DNA from: a bacterium
Lineage (GTDB): Bacteria > Krumholzibacteriota > Krumholzibacteriia > JACNKJ01
Length of the DNA stretch: 64,000 nucleotides
Assembly: GCA_016873475.1 (NCBI GenBank)
Contig: VGXI01000001.1
Location: 2,079-66,078, forward strand
Direction: 5' to 3'
A program made the position numbers and the translations under genes. The notes below the pieces were generated by a model, which did no database searches, was not told where the DNA came from, and saw nothing but the letters and a program-made list of their open reading frames with translations. This document shows, piece by piece, positions 27,164 through 35,856 of the stretch (its first letter is position 1; every line of letters begins with the position of its first letter).

Positions 27164-29017
27164 TTATTTCAGGAGCAGCAGCTTCTGCCGGCCCAGCTCG
27201 CGGCCGTCCAGGCGCAGGCGGGCGAAGTAGACACCGCTCGCCGCGCGCTGGCCCTGGGCGTCCCGGCCGTCCCAGAGGACGAAGCCCGGCCCGGCCGGCA
27301 GCTCCTCCGCGAGCAAGGTCTGCAGGACGCGGCCCTGGGCATCGAGGATGGTCAGCTCGGCGCGGCCCGCCGCCGCCAGCTCGTAGCGCAGGCGCGTGCT
27401 TGGATTGAAGGGATTGGGGTGCGGCGCGAAGAGGCGGCCGGCGCCGGCCGCCGGCGCGACGGGCGCGTCCGACCAGCCGAAGCCGGCTTCCAGCAGCACC
27501 TGCCCGAGGGTCGGCCCGTCGGTCATCGGCGCCGTGGGCGGCATCGGATCCTGGCCGACACGAACGTACTCCTCGATGCTGTCGACGGCGATGTGTCCCC
27601 AGGCCACGGTGCTCAGATCGGCGATGACGAGAAAGACCGTCTGCCCCGCGAGGCTGGCCAGGTCCCAGAGCCGCGGCGTGATCTGGTGGCTGTCGTTGCC
27701 CGTCGCCCAGAGCAGGATGCGCTGATCGCTCGCGCGCACCAGGGCGACGAAGGTGAGCCCCGGCTGGTTGCCGCCGCCGACGCGGAGGCTCAGGCGATCG
27801 CCCGTCACCGTGAAGTCGTCGCTGCGGATCAGGCCCGTCGGCACGTTGCCCTGGATGCGGCCCGGCGGGTAGATCTCCGGGTTCGGGAAGAACTCGTAGG
27901 TGGCGATGTAGCTGTTGCCCGCCATCCCGGTGGGCACGCCGCTGCGCTCGTAGGGGTTGTCGCCCCAGGTCGGCTGGTAGTTGAACGCGGTGCCGAAGAC
28001 GTTCGTCCAGTTCTCGGGCAACCCGTCGTTGAAGCTCACCGAGGGGTCGCCGCCTGGTCCGTCGAAAGCGATCTCGCCGAAGTGGTAGTAATAGCGCGTG
28101 CCGTCGCGCAGGCCGAGGCCGCGGTGCAGGCTCCACAGCTCGGGCTCGCCGGGGATGGTCGTGATCTCGCAGGCGTGCCCCTCGTCGATGTAGGTGCGGT
28201 TCTCCTTCGACCAGCCGCCGAGGAAGGTGGGGCTCGCGATGTGGCTGATCTGTTGCTGGCCCCCCTCGGTGAAGAACAGGTGGTAGTTGCCGCCCCGCTT
28301 CACGAGCTGCACGCTCTCGAGCACGTTCTGGCTGTCGTTGACGAAGAAGGCGCCGCGGTCCATCCAGGGGCCGAGGTTGAAGCTGAGGGCGTAGCTGATG
28401 GCGCCCAGGGTGTCCGGCGCCGCCGAGGCCGTATTCAGCAGGTACCAGCTGCTGCTGCCGTCCTCGTGGAAGATCTCGGGGTCGCGGCAGTTCGACCACT
28501 GCCCCGACGACCAGATCGCCCAGCTCCCCGGACGATAGATCGGGTTGTTCGGGTAGCGATACCAGTTGTAGAGGTTGTAGCTCGAGGCGAGGCCGGTCTG
28601 CTGGGTGACGGTGTAGTTGGCACCCGTGTAGTACATCAGCCAGTCGTTGCTGTTGGGATCATCGATGATCTTCGGCGCCCAGATGAACTCCGACTCCCAG
28701 GCCGGCGGATTCGGAATGTCGATCGAGAGGATGCTGTCCTGCCGCGCCCAGTGGCGCAGGTCGGGGCTGGTGATGTGGCCGAACCACTGCTCCTTGCGCA
28801 GGTAGTGGCCGCTAGGCGGCAGGCTCTGGATGTAGAAGACGTGGTAGAGCCCGTTGTGCTTGACCACCGCGTGGTCCTTGCACTGCAGGCCCATCGTCTC
28901 GAGGAAGTAGGGCTGCTCGAAGTCGGTGACGTGCAGCGCCCCTGCCGGCGCGGCCCTGAGCGTCAGAGCCGCAAGTCCCAGCAGAAGGGCCTGCGCGACC
29001 ATGGGGAGTCGTGGCAT
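27164..29017 (-). CDS. Secreted GH32/43-like five-bladed beta-propeller + 'WGDNPY' module protein with T9SS-type C-terminal sorting domain (paralog 2 of 3)
   Basis: Signal peptide MPRLPMVAQALLLGLAALTLRAAPAGA. Motifs YHVFYI, IWAPKII, NCRDPEIF, YHLFFTE, QPTWGDNPY, GNSYIATYE. C-terminal PNPFNPSTRLRYEL...GVYFARLRLDG...QKLLLLK. Confidence 0.7.
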   Translation of the reverse strand: MPRLPMVAQALLLGLAALTLRAAPAGALHVTDFEQPYFLETMGLQCKDHAVVKHNGLYHVFYIQSLPPSGHYLRKEQWFGHITSPDLRHWARQDSILSIDIPNPPAWESEFIWAPKIIDDPNSNDWLMYYTGANYTVTQQTGLASSYNLYNWYRYPNNPIYRPGSWAIWSSGQWSNCRDPEIFHEDGSSSWYLLNTASAAPDTLGAISYALSFNLGPWMDRGAFFVNDSQNVLESVQLVKRGGNYHLFFTEGGQQQISHIASPTFLGGWSKENRTYIDEGHACEITTIPGEPELWSLHRGLGLRDGTRYYYHFGEIAFDGPGGDPSVSFNDGLPENWTNVFGTAFNYQPTWGDNPYERSGVPTGMAGNSYIATYEFFPNPEIYPPGRIQGNVPTGLIRSDDFTVTGDRLSLRVGGGNQPGLTFVALVRASDQRILLWATGNDSHQITPRLWDLASLAGQTVFLVIADLSTVAWGHIAVDSIEEYVRVGQDPMPPTAPMTDGPTLGQVLLEAGFGWSDAPVAPAAGAGRLFAPHPNPFNPSTRLRYELAAAGRAELTILDAQGRVLQTLLAEELPAGPGFVLWDGRDAQGQRAASGVYFARLRLDGRELGRQKLLLLK

Positions 29018-29136
29018 TGCTCACCTCGCGAGAGGCCACAATTCTAGCAGATCCGCGCCGGACGCGGGGCCTTGAAATGGGCGGAGTTCGCGCTCCGGAA
29101 CGGTGGGCAATCCCGGGGTCGTCCGCGGAAGGGAGC

Positions 29137-30198
29137 TCAGCGCTGCGCTGCCTCGCCCTCCGCTCGCTCGCGCTCGCGGGCCTGCTGGGCGAGCACGGAG
29201 AACTCGTCGGCGCGCCGGCTGTCGCGGCGCTCCGCGAAGATCCGGCTGAGCAGCTCGTAGACGTGCGCGGTCTCGGCCTGCGCCGCCGGCAGGCGCTGCA
29301 GCTGCTGCTCCGCGGCCGTCAGCTCGCCCATGCCGACCAGCAACTCGGCCCGGCCGAGCGCCGCCTTCGCATAGAGCGGGTTGATCGCGAGCGCCTTGCC
29401 GAGCTGGAGGAGCGAGGCCTCGCGGTGCTCGGCCTCCTGGAGCAGTCGCGCCAGGTCGTAGCGCAGGTCCGGCCAATCCGGCTGCAGCGCGACCGCGCGC
29501 TCGAGCAGTGCCACCGACGCGGCGAGGTCGCCGCGCCGGTCCCGCTCCGCAGCCGCTTCGCGCAGCAGCTCGATGGAGGCCGGCCAGCGCGCCAGGCCCT
29601 GCTCGAGCAGACCGAGCGCCGCGCTGGCATCGCCCAGCTTGCGCTCCCAACGCGCCCGGAAGAGCCAGTAGCGATCCGGCTGCCGGCCGGCGAGCACCGC
29701 CCAGGCGTAGAGCCGGCGCCCAAGCTCACCCTCGCCGCGGAACGTGAAGAACTCGCCCATGGCGGCAAAGAGGCGGCGGAAGGCCGGGCAGAGCAGGGCG
29801 CGCCGGAGGACCGCCGGTTCTGTGGCGAGGGGCGCTACGGCGGCGAGGAGGGCTTCGAGCTCCGGGCCGGCATCCGCGAAGTCCGTGCGCAGCCGCTGCA
29901 CCAGCGCCTCGGCGCTTGGCGCCGCCTGGCTCGGGCGCAGGCCGCCCTGGGCCGTGAGCCAGCTCTCCCAGAGCTGCCGGTCCTCGAGCCCCGGCACGCG
30001 CACCGCGAGCGCCGCTCGCGCCTCGGCCGCGGCCGCGAGGGCCGCCGCAGCCGCCGCCGGGTCGCGCTCGGCGACGAGCTGCCCGCGCAGGAGCGCGTGC
30101 AGTCCCCATTCCAGCGTGAGGTCGGGGTAGGGCGGATGCTGCTCGCGACGCCAGCGGTAGTATGGCTCGCAGCGCTCGAGAAGGAGGATCCAGTCCAC
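29137..30198 (-). CDS. TPR-repeat protein (cytoplasmic)
   Basis: Repeated TPR-like helical hairpins (AALGLLEQGLARWP...LLERAVALQPDW...LGKALAINPLYAKAALGRAELLVGMG). Immediately downstream of glpX on the same strand. Confidence 0.6.
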   Translation of the reverse strand: MDWILLLERCEPYYRWRREQHPPYPDLTLEWGLHALLRGQLVAERDPAAAAAALAAAAEARAALAVRVPGLEDRQLWESWLTAQGGLRPSQAAPSAEALVQRLRTDFADAGPELEALLAAVAPLATEPAVLRRALLCPAFRRLFAAMGEFFTFRGEGELGRRLYAWAVLAGRQPDRYWLFRARWERKLGDASAALGLLEQGLARWPASIELLREAAAERDRRGDLAASVALLERAVALQPDWPDLRYDLARLLQEAEHREASLLQLGKALAINPLYAKAALGRAELLVGMGELTAAEQQLQRLPAAQAETAHVYELLSRIFAERRDSRRADEFSVLAQQARERERAEGEAAQR

Positions 30199-30205
30199 GG
30201 CAGCC

Positions 30206-31153
30206 TCAGCTTTCGAAGACGTGCTGCGCCTCGATGTAGCGGATGGTGCGCGACATGCTGCGCATCACGATGCTGTGCGTGTGGCAGCCGCCCCTGTGGA
30301 AGCGCACGCCGCGCAGCAGATCGCCGTCGGTGATGCCCGTGGCGGCGAACATGATGTTGTCGCCGACGGCGAGGTCGTTCAGCTGGAAGATGCGACCGGG
30401 ATCGGCGAGGCCCATGCCCACGGCGCGCTCGCGCTCGGCCTCGCTGCGGAAGGCGAGCCGGGCCTGCATGTCCCCGCCCAGGCAGCGCAGGGCCGCGGCC
30501 GCGAGCACGCCTTCGGGCGCGCCGCCGGTGCCGAGCAGGATGTCCACCGTCGCCTCGCTGACCGCCGTGGCGATGGCCGCCGAGACGTCGCCATCCGGAA
30601 TCAGGTGGATGCGGCAGCCGACCCTGCGCACGCGGGCGATGAGCTGCTCGTGCCGCTCGCGATCGAGGATCGCCACCGTGAGATCCTGCACCGGCTGCCC
30701 CTTGGCCTCGGCGACCGCGTGCAGATTCTCCTCCGGGCTGCGCCGGATGTCGATGGCGCCGGCCGCCGTCGGACCGACGGCGATCTTCTCCATGTAGGTG
30801 TCCGGGGCGTGCAGGAACTGCCCGCGCGGCGCGAGCGCCACCACGGAGAGCGCGTTGGGTCGGCCGTAGGCGACGCTGTTCGTGCACTCGAGCGGGTCGA
30901 GGGCGATGTCGACCGCCGGCTCCGCGCCCGTGCCGACGCGCTCGCCGATGAACAGCATCGGCGCCTCGTCGCGCTCTCCTTCGCCGATCACGACGACGCC
31001 GTCCATGGCGATGCGGTTGAAGCCCTCGCGCATGGCCGTGGTCGCCGCCTCGTCGGCGGCGTTGGGATCGCCGCGGCCGAGCAGGCGGGATGAGGCGATG
31101 GCCGCCGCCTCCGTGACGCGCACGAACTCCAGCGCGAGATTGCGATCCATCAC
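30206..31153 (-). CDS. glpX: Fructose-1,6-bisphosphatase class II (GlpX)
   Basis: Strong family signature (FVRVTEAAAIASSRLLGRGD...VVIGEGERDEAPMLFIGERVG...LDPLECTN...GGAPEGV). 315 aa. Confidence 0.9.
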   Translation of the reverse strand: MMDRNLALEFVRVTEAAAIASSRLLGRGDPNAADEAATTAMREGFNRIAMDGVVVIGEGERDEAPMLFIGERVGTGAEPAVDIALDPLECTNSVAYGRPNALSVVALAPRGQFLHAPDTYMEKIAVGPTAAGAIDIRRSPEENLHAVAEAKGQPVQDLTVAILDRERHEQLIARVRRVGCRIHLIPDGDVSAAIATAVSEATVDILLGTGGAPEGVLAAAALRCLGGDMQARLAFRSEAERERAVGMGLADPGRIFQLNDLAVGDNIMFAATGITDGDLLRGVRFHRGGCHTHSIVMRSMSRTIRYIEAQHVFES

Positions 31154-31167
31154 GGGCTCCTCCCCGT

Positions 31168-31641
31168 CTAGACGGTGTCTCCTCCCGGGAGAGGCGGCTG
31201 GCGCTGGCCGGCGCGCAGCTCATCGTTGAGGATCAACGCCACGTCGTAGGCATGGAGCACGAATCCGGCGAGGAGCAGGGGCAGCGCCTCGCCGCGGCTC
31301 ACGAGGAGGAGGACGAAGCCCCCGAGCAGGCTCCACCAGAACCAGTTGGCCTGTTCGAGGTAGAGGTAGCTGAAGGGCCCGAAGAAGAAGGCAAGCGTGG
31401 CGGCGACGAAGGGCCGCTTCGTCTCCCGGGTGCCGTGCAGGCGCAGCACGCGCGGCCAGGCGCTGGGCGCGCCACCCTCGAAGGCGGTCGCCTCGCCGGC
31501 GGGCGACGCCGGAGTCTCCGCGGACGTGCCGAGCGCGGTCGGCGACTCGCGTTCGGGCGGTAGCAGGCTCAGGTCGAGACCACAGGCGGGACAGAAACTG
31601 GCCCCTGTCGGTGTCGGCTGGGTGCAGCGAGGGCAGTTCAT
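31168..31641 (-). CDS. Zinc-ribbon domain membrane protein (MNCPRCTQPTPTGASFCPACG... with C-terminal TM helices)
   Basis: CxxC...CxxC zinc ribbon at the N-terminus and hydrophobic C-terminal half. Start refined to M30 of the track ORF with AAGGAGA RBS. Confidence 0.55.
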   Translation of the reverse strand: MNCPRCTQPTPTGASFCPACGLDLSLLPPERESPTALGTSAETPASPAGEATAFEGGAPSAWPRVLRLHGTRETKRPFVAATLAFFFGPFSYLYLEQANWFWWSLLGGFVLLLVSRGEALPLLLAGFVLHAYDVALILNDELRAGQRQPPLPGGDTV

Positions 31642-31784
31642 CAGGTCTCCTTTCCGCGATCCGGGGACCCGGGCGCCGGGCGTATTCTGCGGCGTCGGCA
31701 GTCTAGGAGCCCCCTGTCGCGCGCGCAAGCATCATTCGGGCCTGTCGCTTGTGGCGAAGCCCGGTCCCGACCTATTCTCACCGC

Positions 31785-32747
31785 ATGTGGCGACGCCCGC
31801 ATTTCCCCGGCCTCCTGCTCGCGGCCTGCCTCGGCTGCTCGGAGTCGAATCGCCAGCAGCCGGAAGCGCCGCGCGCGCAGGCCATCCGGGCCGCAGCGGC
31901 AGCGGTGGACGTCCATCGTCTCTACGCCCACGTCGCGGCCCTGAATGGCATCCACTCGCGCTGGATGCACTACGACCCCGGCACCGCCGCCACCATCAAC
32001 TGGCTGCTCGAGACGCTGGCGGCCCAGGGCACGCCGGCCAGCACCGACAGCTTCACATTCCGCCGCATCCGCGACATCCACACGGCCAACGTCGTGCTCC
32101 GCATCCCGGGCCAGGTCAGGCCCGGGGAGCACGTTCTCGTCGGCGCCCACTGGGACACGACGAGCTATCCCGAGAGCTGGCAGGACTCGACCGCCCGCGC
32201 GCCCGGCGCCGTGGACAACGCGAGCGGCGTCGCCGCCCTCCTCGAGCTCGCCCGCGTCCTCGCCGAGCGACCCCTCGAGCGCACGGTCGAAATCGTGTTC
32301 GTCGCCGCCGAGGAGGTCGGCATGTTCGGCAGCCGCCGTGTGCGGGATTACTGGCGACACGAGACCGGCCCCGACAGCCTCGTCTGCTACATCAACGTGG
32401 ATATGCTCGGCTACGACGCCGACCTGCCCGATGCGAACATCCTCTGCGATACGCTGAGTGCCGCCCTCGCGGCGGACTTGCTGCCCTGGGCCCAACTGAC
32501 CGGCGAGGGGTTGGCTCTCGATACCCTCTTGCGTTCGACCGGGAATCCGGGGGGCAGCAGCGACCATCTTCAGTTCTGGTACTACGGGCTGCCCGCGATC
32601 TGGGTACACGAAGGGCCGGGCGACGTTTCGCCCAACGCCAATACCACGGCGGACAGCCTGCCCGATCTGTGCCCCAGATTCCTCGCGGCCGGCACGCGGG
32701 CCCTCGTCGGGGCGGTCATGCATCTCGCGGAGCCGGTGCTACGCTGA
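31785..32747 (+). CDS. M28 family metallopeptidase (aminopeptidase) lipoprotein
   Basis: Lipoprotein signal MWRRPHFPGLLLAACLGC. M28 motifs (VLVGAHWDT...GAVDNASGVAALLELAR...FVAAEEVGMFGS...NVDMLG). Confidence 0.75.
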   Translation: MWRRPHFPGLLLAACLGCSESNRQQPEAPRAQAIRAAAAAVDVHRLYAHVAALNGIHSRWMHYDPGTAATINWLLETLAAQGTPASTDSFTFRRIRDIHTANVVLRIPGQVRPGEHVLVGAHWDTTSYPESWQDSTARAPGAVDNASGVAALLELARVLAERPLERTVEIVFVAAEEVGMFGSRRVRDYWRHETGPDSLVCYINVDMLGYDADLPDANILCDTLSAALAADLLPWAQLTGEGLALDTLLRSTGNPGGSSDHLQFWYYGLPAIWVHEGPGDVSPNANTTADSLPDLCPRFLAAGTRALVGAVMHLAEPVLR

Positions 32748-33833
32748 GACCGTCGGCCGCCGCTGTCCCGCGCCCAGCGCCGCCAGCTGGCTCTCGAGGG
32801 TCTCCCGGCGCAGGACGCCGAGGATGCGGCCGCCCGCCTGCACCGGCCAGGCCTCGCGTCCGCCGGCCCGCAGGCGGTGCAGCGCCTCGCCCACCGGCAG
32901 CGCGGCGGGCAGCGGCAGGAGTCCCTCCTCGACGAGCTGGCCGAGCGGCAGGGGCGCCGGCATCACGAGGAAGGCCGACAGCAAGGCGCGGCGCGAAAGG
33001 AGGCCGAAGCGGCCGCCCTCCAAGTCCACCACCGCCCAGGCGATTCCCTCGCGCGCGGCCAGCGCGGCCTGCAGATCGACCAGCCGCGTCTCGCGGTTCG
33101 CGAGCAGCCAGGACGCGGGATCGAGGCACTCGCCGACCGGGCGGTGGCTTAGGAACTCGTCCAGGCGCACGCCGCGCAGCTCGCGACCGCCGGCCACGAA
33201 GAGGAAGACGCCGATGAGGCCCAGGAGCAGGTACTGCAGTCCCAGCAGCGGCAGCAGGATCAGGAGGGCGGCGAGAATTCGACCCGCGCGCACGGCCCAC
33301 TCCGTGGCCCGCAGGTAGGGCAGCCGCAGCGCGAGCAGCGCGCGCAAGACGCGACCGCCGTCGAGCGGGAAGGCCGGGAGCAGATTGAAGAGCGCGAGAG
33401 CCAGATTCGCGTGGAGAAAACGGGCCAGCAGCCCTGCGCCGAGGAGCCGCTCGCTGAGAAGCGGTCCCTCGGCCAGGCCCAGCCCGAGGAGCGCCGGCGC
33501 GGCGAGCGCCAGGTTCACGGCTGGCCCGGCGATGGCGATGAGGATCTCCTGTCGCGGGCGGCGCGGCAGGCGGTCCATCAGCGCCATGCCGCCCAGGGGC
33601 ATCAGGGTGATCGAGCGGATCGCCACGCCGAAGCGCTGCGCGACCAGACTGTGTCCGAGTTCGTGCAGTAGAACCAAACTGAAGACGAGCAGGAGGCTGA
33701 GCAGGGTCAGCGCCGCCTCGCGCCAGCCGCCGCCGAGTCCATAGAGCAATCCAAGGAAAATCAAGAAGGGCGGAAAGCTCCCGTGGAGAACCACTTCGAT
33801 CCCGGCGATCCGCCCGATGCGCAACCGCGCCAT
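32739..33833 (-). CDS. Site-2 protease (M50 family) with C-terminal CBS-domain pair
   Basis: HELGH zinc motif inside a TM helix and a second LPAFPLDGGRV motif. Start refined to MARLRIGRIAG. 9-nt convergent overlap with the peptidase gene. Confidence 0.75.
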   Translation of the reverse strand: MARLRIGRIAGIEVVLHGSFPPFLIFLGLLYGLGGGWREAALTLLSLLLVFSLVLLHELGHSLVAQRFGVAIRSITLMPLGGMALMDRLPRRPRQEILIAIAGPAVNLALAAPALLGLGLAEGPLLSERLLGAGLLARFLHANLALALFNLLPAFPLDGGRVLRALLALRLPYLRATEWAVRAGRILAALLILLPLLGLQYLLLGLIGVFLFVAGGRELRGVRLDEFLSHRPVGECLDPASWLLANRETRLVDLQAALAAREGIAWAVVDLEGGRFGLLSRRALLSAFLVMPAPLPLGQLVEEGLLPLPAALPVGEALHRLRAGGREAWPVQAGGRILGVLRRETLESQLAALGAGQRRPTVSA

Positions 33834-33903
33834 GCCTGGCTCCTCTCGAGTCCGCTGGTCCCCGGAGGCGACGCCGCAGCGCAGCACCGGCACTCGCCCG
33901 GAT

Positions 33904-33933
33904 TTGACCTCGCGCGAATCCGTCTGTTATAAT
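33904..33933 (+). promoter_or_regulatory. Near-consensus sigma70 promoter: TTGACC - 18 nt - TATAAT (with TGT just upstream of the -10)
   Basis: gatTTGACCtcgcgcgaatccgtctgtTATAATctcggcc, about 45 nt upstream of the ATG at 33979. AT-rich island. Confidence 0.55.
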
Positions 33934-33978
33934 CTCGGCCAATTGACACGCGCTCACAACCCCACGCAGGACTGCGGC

Positions 33979-35838
33979 ATGACCTCTGGTTCGATCCGGC
34001 CGGCGCGACGCGCCGCCGCCATCGCAATCCTCTGTGTGCTGGCCGCGCTCCCCGCCCGGTTCGCCCGCGCCGAGCTCCGCTTCGACTTCGAGCAGCCCTA
34101 CTTCGTCGAGGAGCAGTCCGTCGCCTGCAAGGACCACGCCCTGCTCAAGGTCGACGGCGTTTACCACGTCTTCTACATCCACAGCTTCCCGCCGGTCCCG
34201 CCCGACTACCTGCGCAGCGAGCGCTGGCTCGGCCATCTGACGAGCACCGACCTGCGCCATTGGGCACGGCAGGACAGCATCCTGCCGGTGAGCGAGGTGC
34301 CCCCCTACGGCTGGGAGGGCAAGTTCATCTGGGCGCCGAAGGTGATCCAGGATGTCTCCGGCGCCTGGTTCCTCTTCTACACGGGAGTGAGCCAGACGGT
34401 CACCCAGCAGACGGGCCTCGCCTACAGCTGGGACCTCTACGATTGGGCGCGCTGGCCGCTGAATCCGATCTACCGTCCGGGCAGCTGGTCCAATTGGACG
34501 GCGGGCGCCTGGGCCAATTGCCGCGACCCCGAGATCTTCCGCGAGGCCGGCAGCCCGGACTACTACCTGCTCAACACCGCTAGCACGGCATCCGGACTGG
34601 GCGCGATCAGCTTCGCCCGCAGCCCGAACACGATCAACTGGGTGGACCTGCCGCCTCTCTTCGTGAATAGCAGCACGGCCGTGCTGGAAAGCCCGCAGCT
34701 CGTCAAGGACGGCGACCTGTACCACCTCTTCTTCACGGAGGAGTGGGTGCAGGGCACGAGCCACATGACCGCGCCCACGCTCACGGGCGCCTGGACCAAG
34801 GACAACCTGGAGATCATCGACCCCGGGAACGCCCCCGAGATCTCGAACCTCGGCGACGAGGTCGTCTTCAGCCGGCACAACGCCATCCTCTCGCCGGACG
34901 GCCCGATCTACTTCTACCGCTTCGACCACATCGCGCTGGACGGCCCCGGCGGCGCCGCGCAGATCACGCCGCTGCCTTCGGCGCTGGCGGACTGGACGAT
35001 CGTCTTCGGCTCCGCCTTCGACAACCAGCCGACCTGGGGCGACAATCCGTACCAGCGCGGCGACGGGCAGAGCCATCTGCAGGGCAACAGTTACATCGCG
35101 ACCTACGAGGACTTCCCCGAGCCCATCGAGGGGCAGGAGGGTGACGCGCAGGGCGTGCTGCCGGTCGGCCTCCTGCGCAGCGCACCGTTCACGATCAGCG
35201 AGAACCGGCTGCGCCTGCTCGTCGGCGGCGGCAACGACCCGAGCCGCCTCTTCGTCGGCCTCGTTCTCGTGGCCGGCGACATGCTCGTCCTGCGCGCCAC
35301 CGGCCAAGGAAGCCACGCACTTGCGCTGCAGCTCTGGGACACCAGCGTCCTCATCGGCCAGGAGGCCTATCTGGTCATCGCCGATCTTTCCTTCACCGCC
35401 GGTGGCTTCTTCAGCGTGGACGACATCGAGGACTACCACGAGACGGGCATCGATCCCTTCCCGCCGACGCAGCCGACGATCCCCGGGCCCACGCTCGAAG
35501 AGGTCCTCGACGCCGTCGGCTACGGGCAGACCGCGGTCGCGCCGGCGCCGGCCGGTCCTGCCGGGCGCTTGCTCGCGCCCTATCCGAATCCCTTCAATCC
35601 GAGCACGCGCCTGCGCTACGAGCTGGCGCGCGGGGCGCGGGTGGAGATCAGCATCCTCGATGCCGCCGGCCGCCAGTTGCGCCGCCTGCTCAGCGCCCCG
35701 CTCCCGGCCGGACCCGGCTTCGTCAGCTGGGATGGTCGCGACGAGGCAGGGCAGGGGCTGCCCAGCGGCGTCTACCTGGCGTGCCTGAGCATCGACGGCC
35801 GCGCCGCCGACACTCGCAAGCTCCACCTGATTCGCTAG
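33979..35838 (+). CDS. Secreted GH32/43-like five-bladed beta-propeller + 'WGDNPY' module protein with T9SS-type C-terminal sorting domain (paralog 3 of 3)
   Basis: Signal peptide MTSGSIRPARRAAAIAILCVLAALPARFARA. Same motif set as the gene at 27164..29017. C-terminal PYPNPFNPSTRLRYEL...GVYLACLSIDG...RKLHLIR. Start is M55 of the track ORF. Confidence 0.7.
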   Translation: MTSGSIRPARRAAAIAILCVLAALPARFARAELRFDFEQPYFVEEQSVACKDHALLKVDGVYHVFYIHSFPPVPPDYLRSERWLGHLTSTDLRHWARQDSILPVSEVPPYGWEGKFIWAPKVIQDVSGAWFLFYTGVSQTVTQQTGLAYSWDLYDWARWPLNPIYRPGSWSNWTAGAWANCRDPEIFREAGSPDYYLLNTASTASGLGAISFARSPNTINWVDLPPLFVNSSTAVLESPQLVKDGDLYHLFFTEEWVQGTSHMTAPTLTGAWTKDNLEIIDPGNAPEISNLGDEVVFSRHNAILSPDGPIYFYRFDHIALDGPGGAAQITPLPSALADWTIVFGSAFDNQPTWGDNPYQRGDGQSHLQGNSYIATYEDFPEPIEGQEGDAQGVLPVGLLRSAPFTISENRLRLLVGGGNDPSRLFVGLVLVAGDMLVLRATGQGSHALALQLWDTSVLIGQEAYLVIADLSFTAGGFFSVDDIEDYHETGIDPFPPTQPTIPGPTLEEVLDAVGYGQTAVAPAPAGPAGRLLAPYPNPFNPSTRLRYELARGARVEISILDAAGRQLRRLLSAPLPAGPGFVSWDGRDEAGQGLPSGVYLACLSIDGRAADTRKLHLIR

Positions 35839-35856
35839 GCTTCCCGCCCGCGGCCG

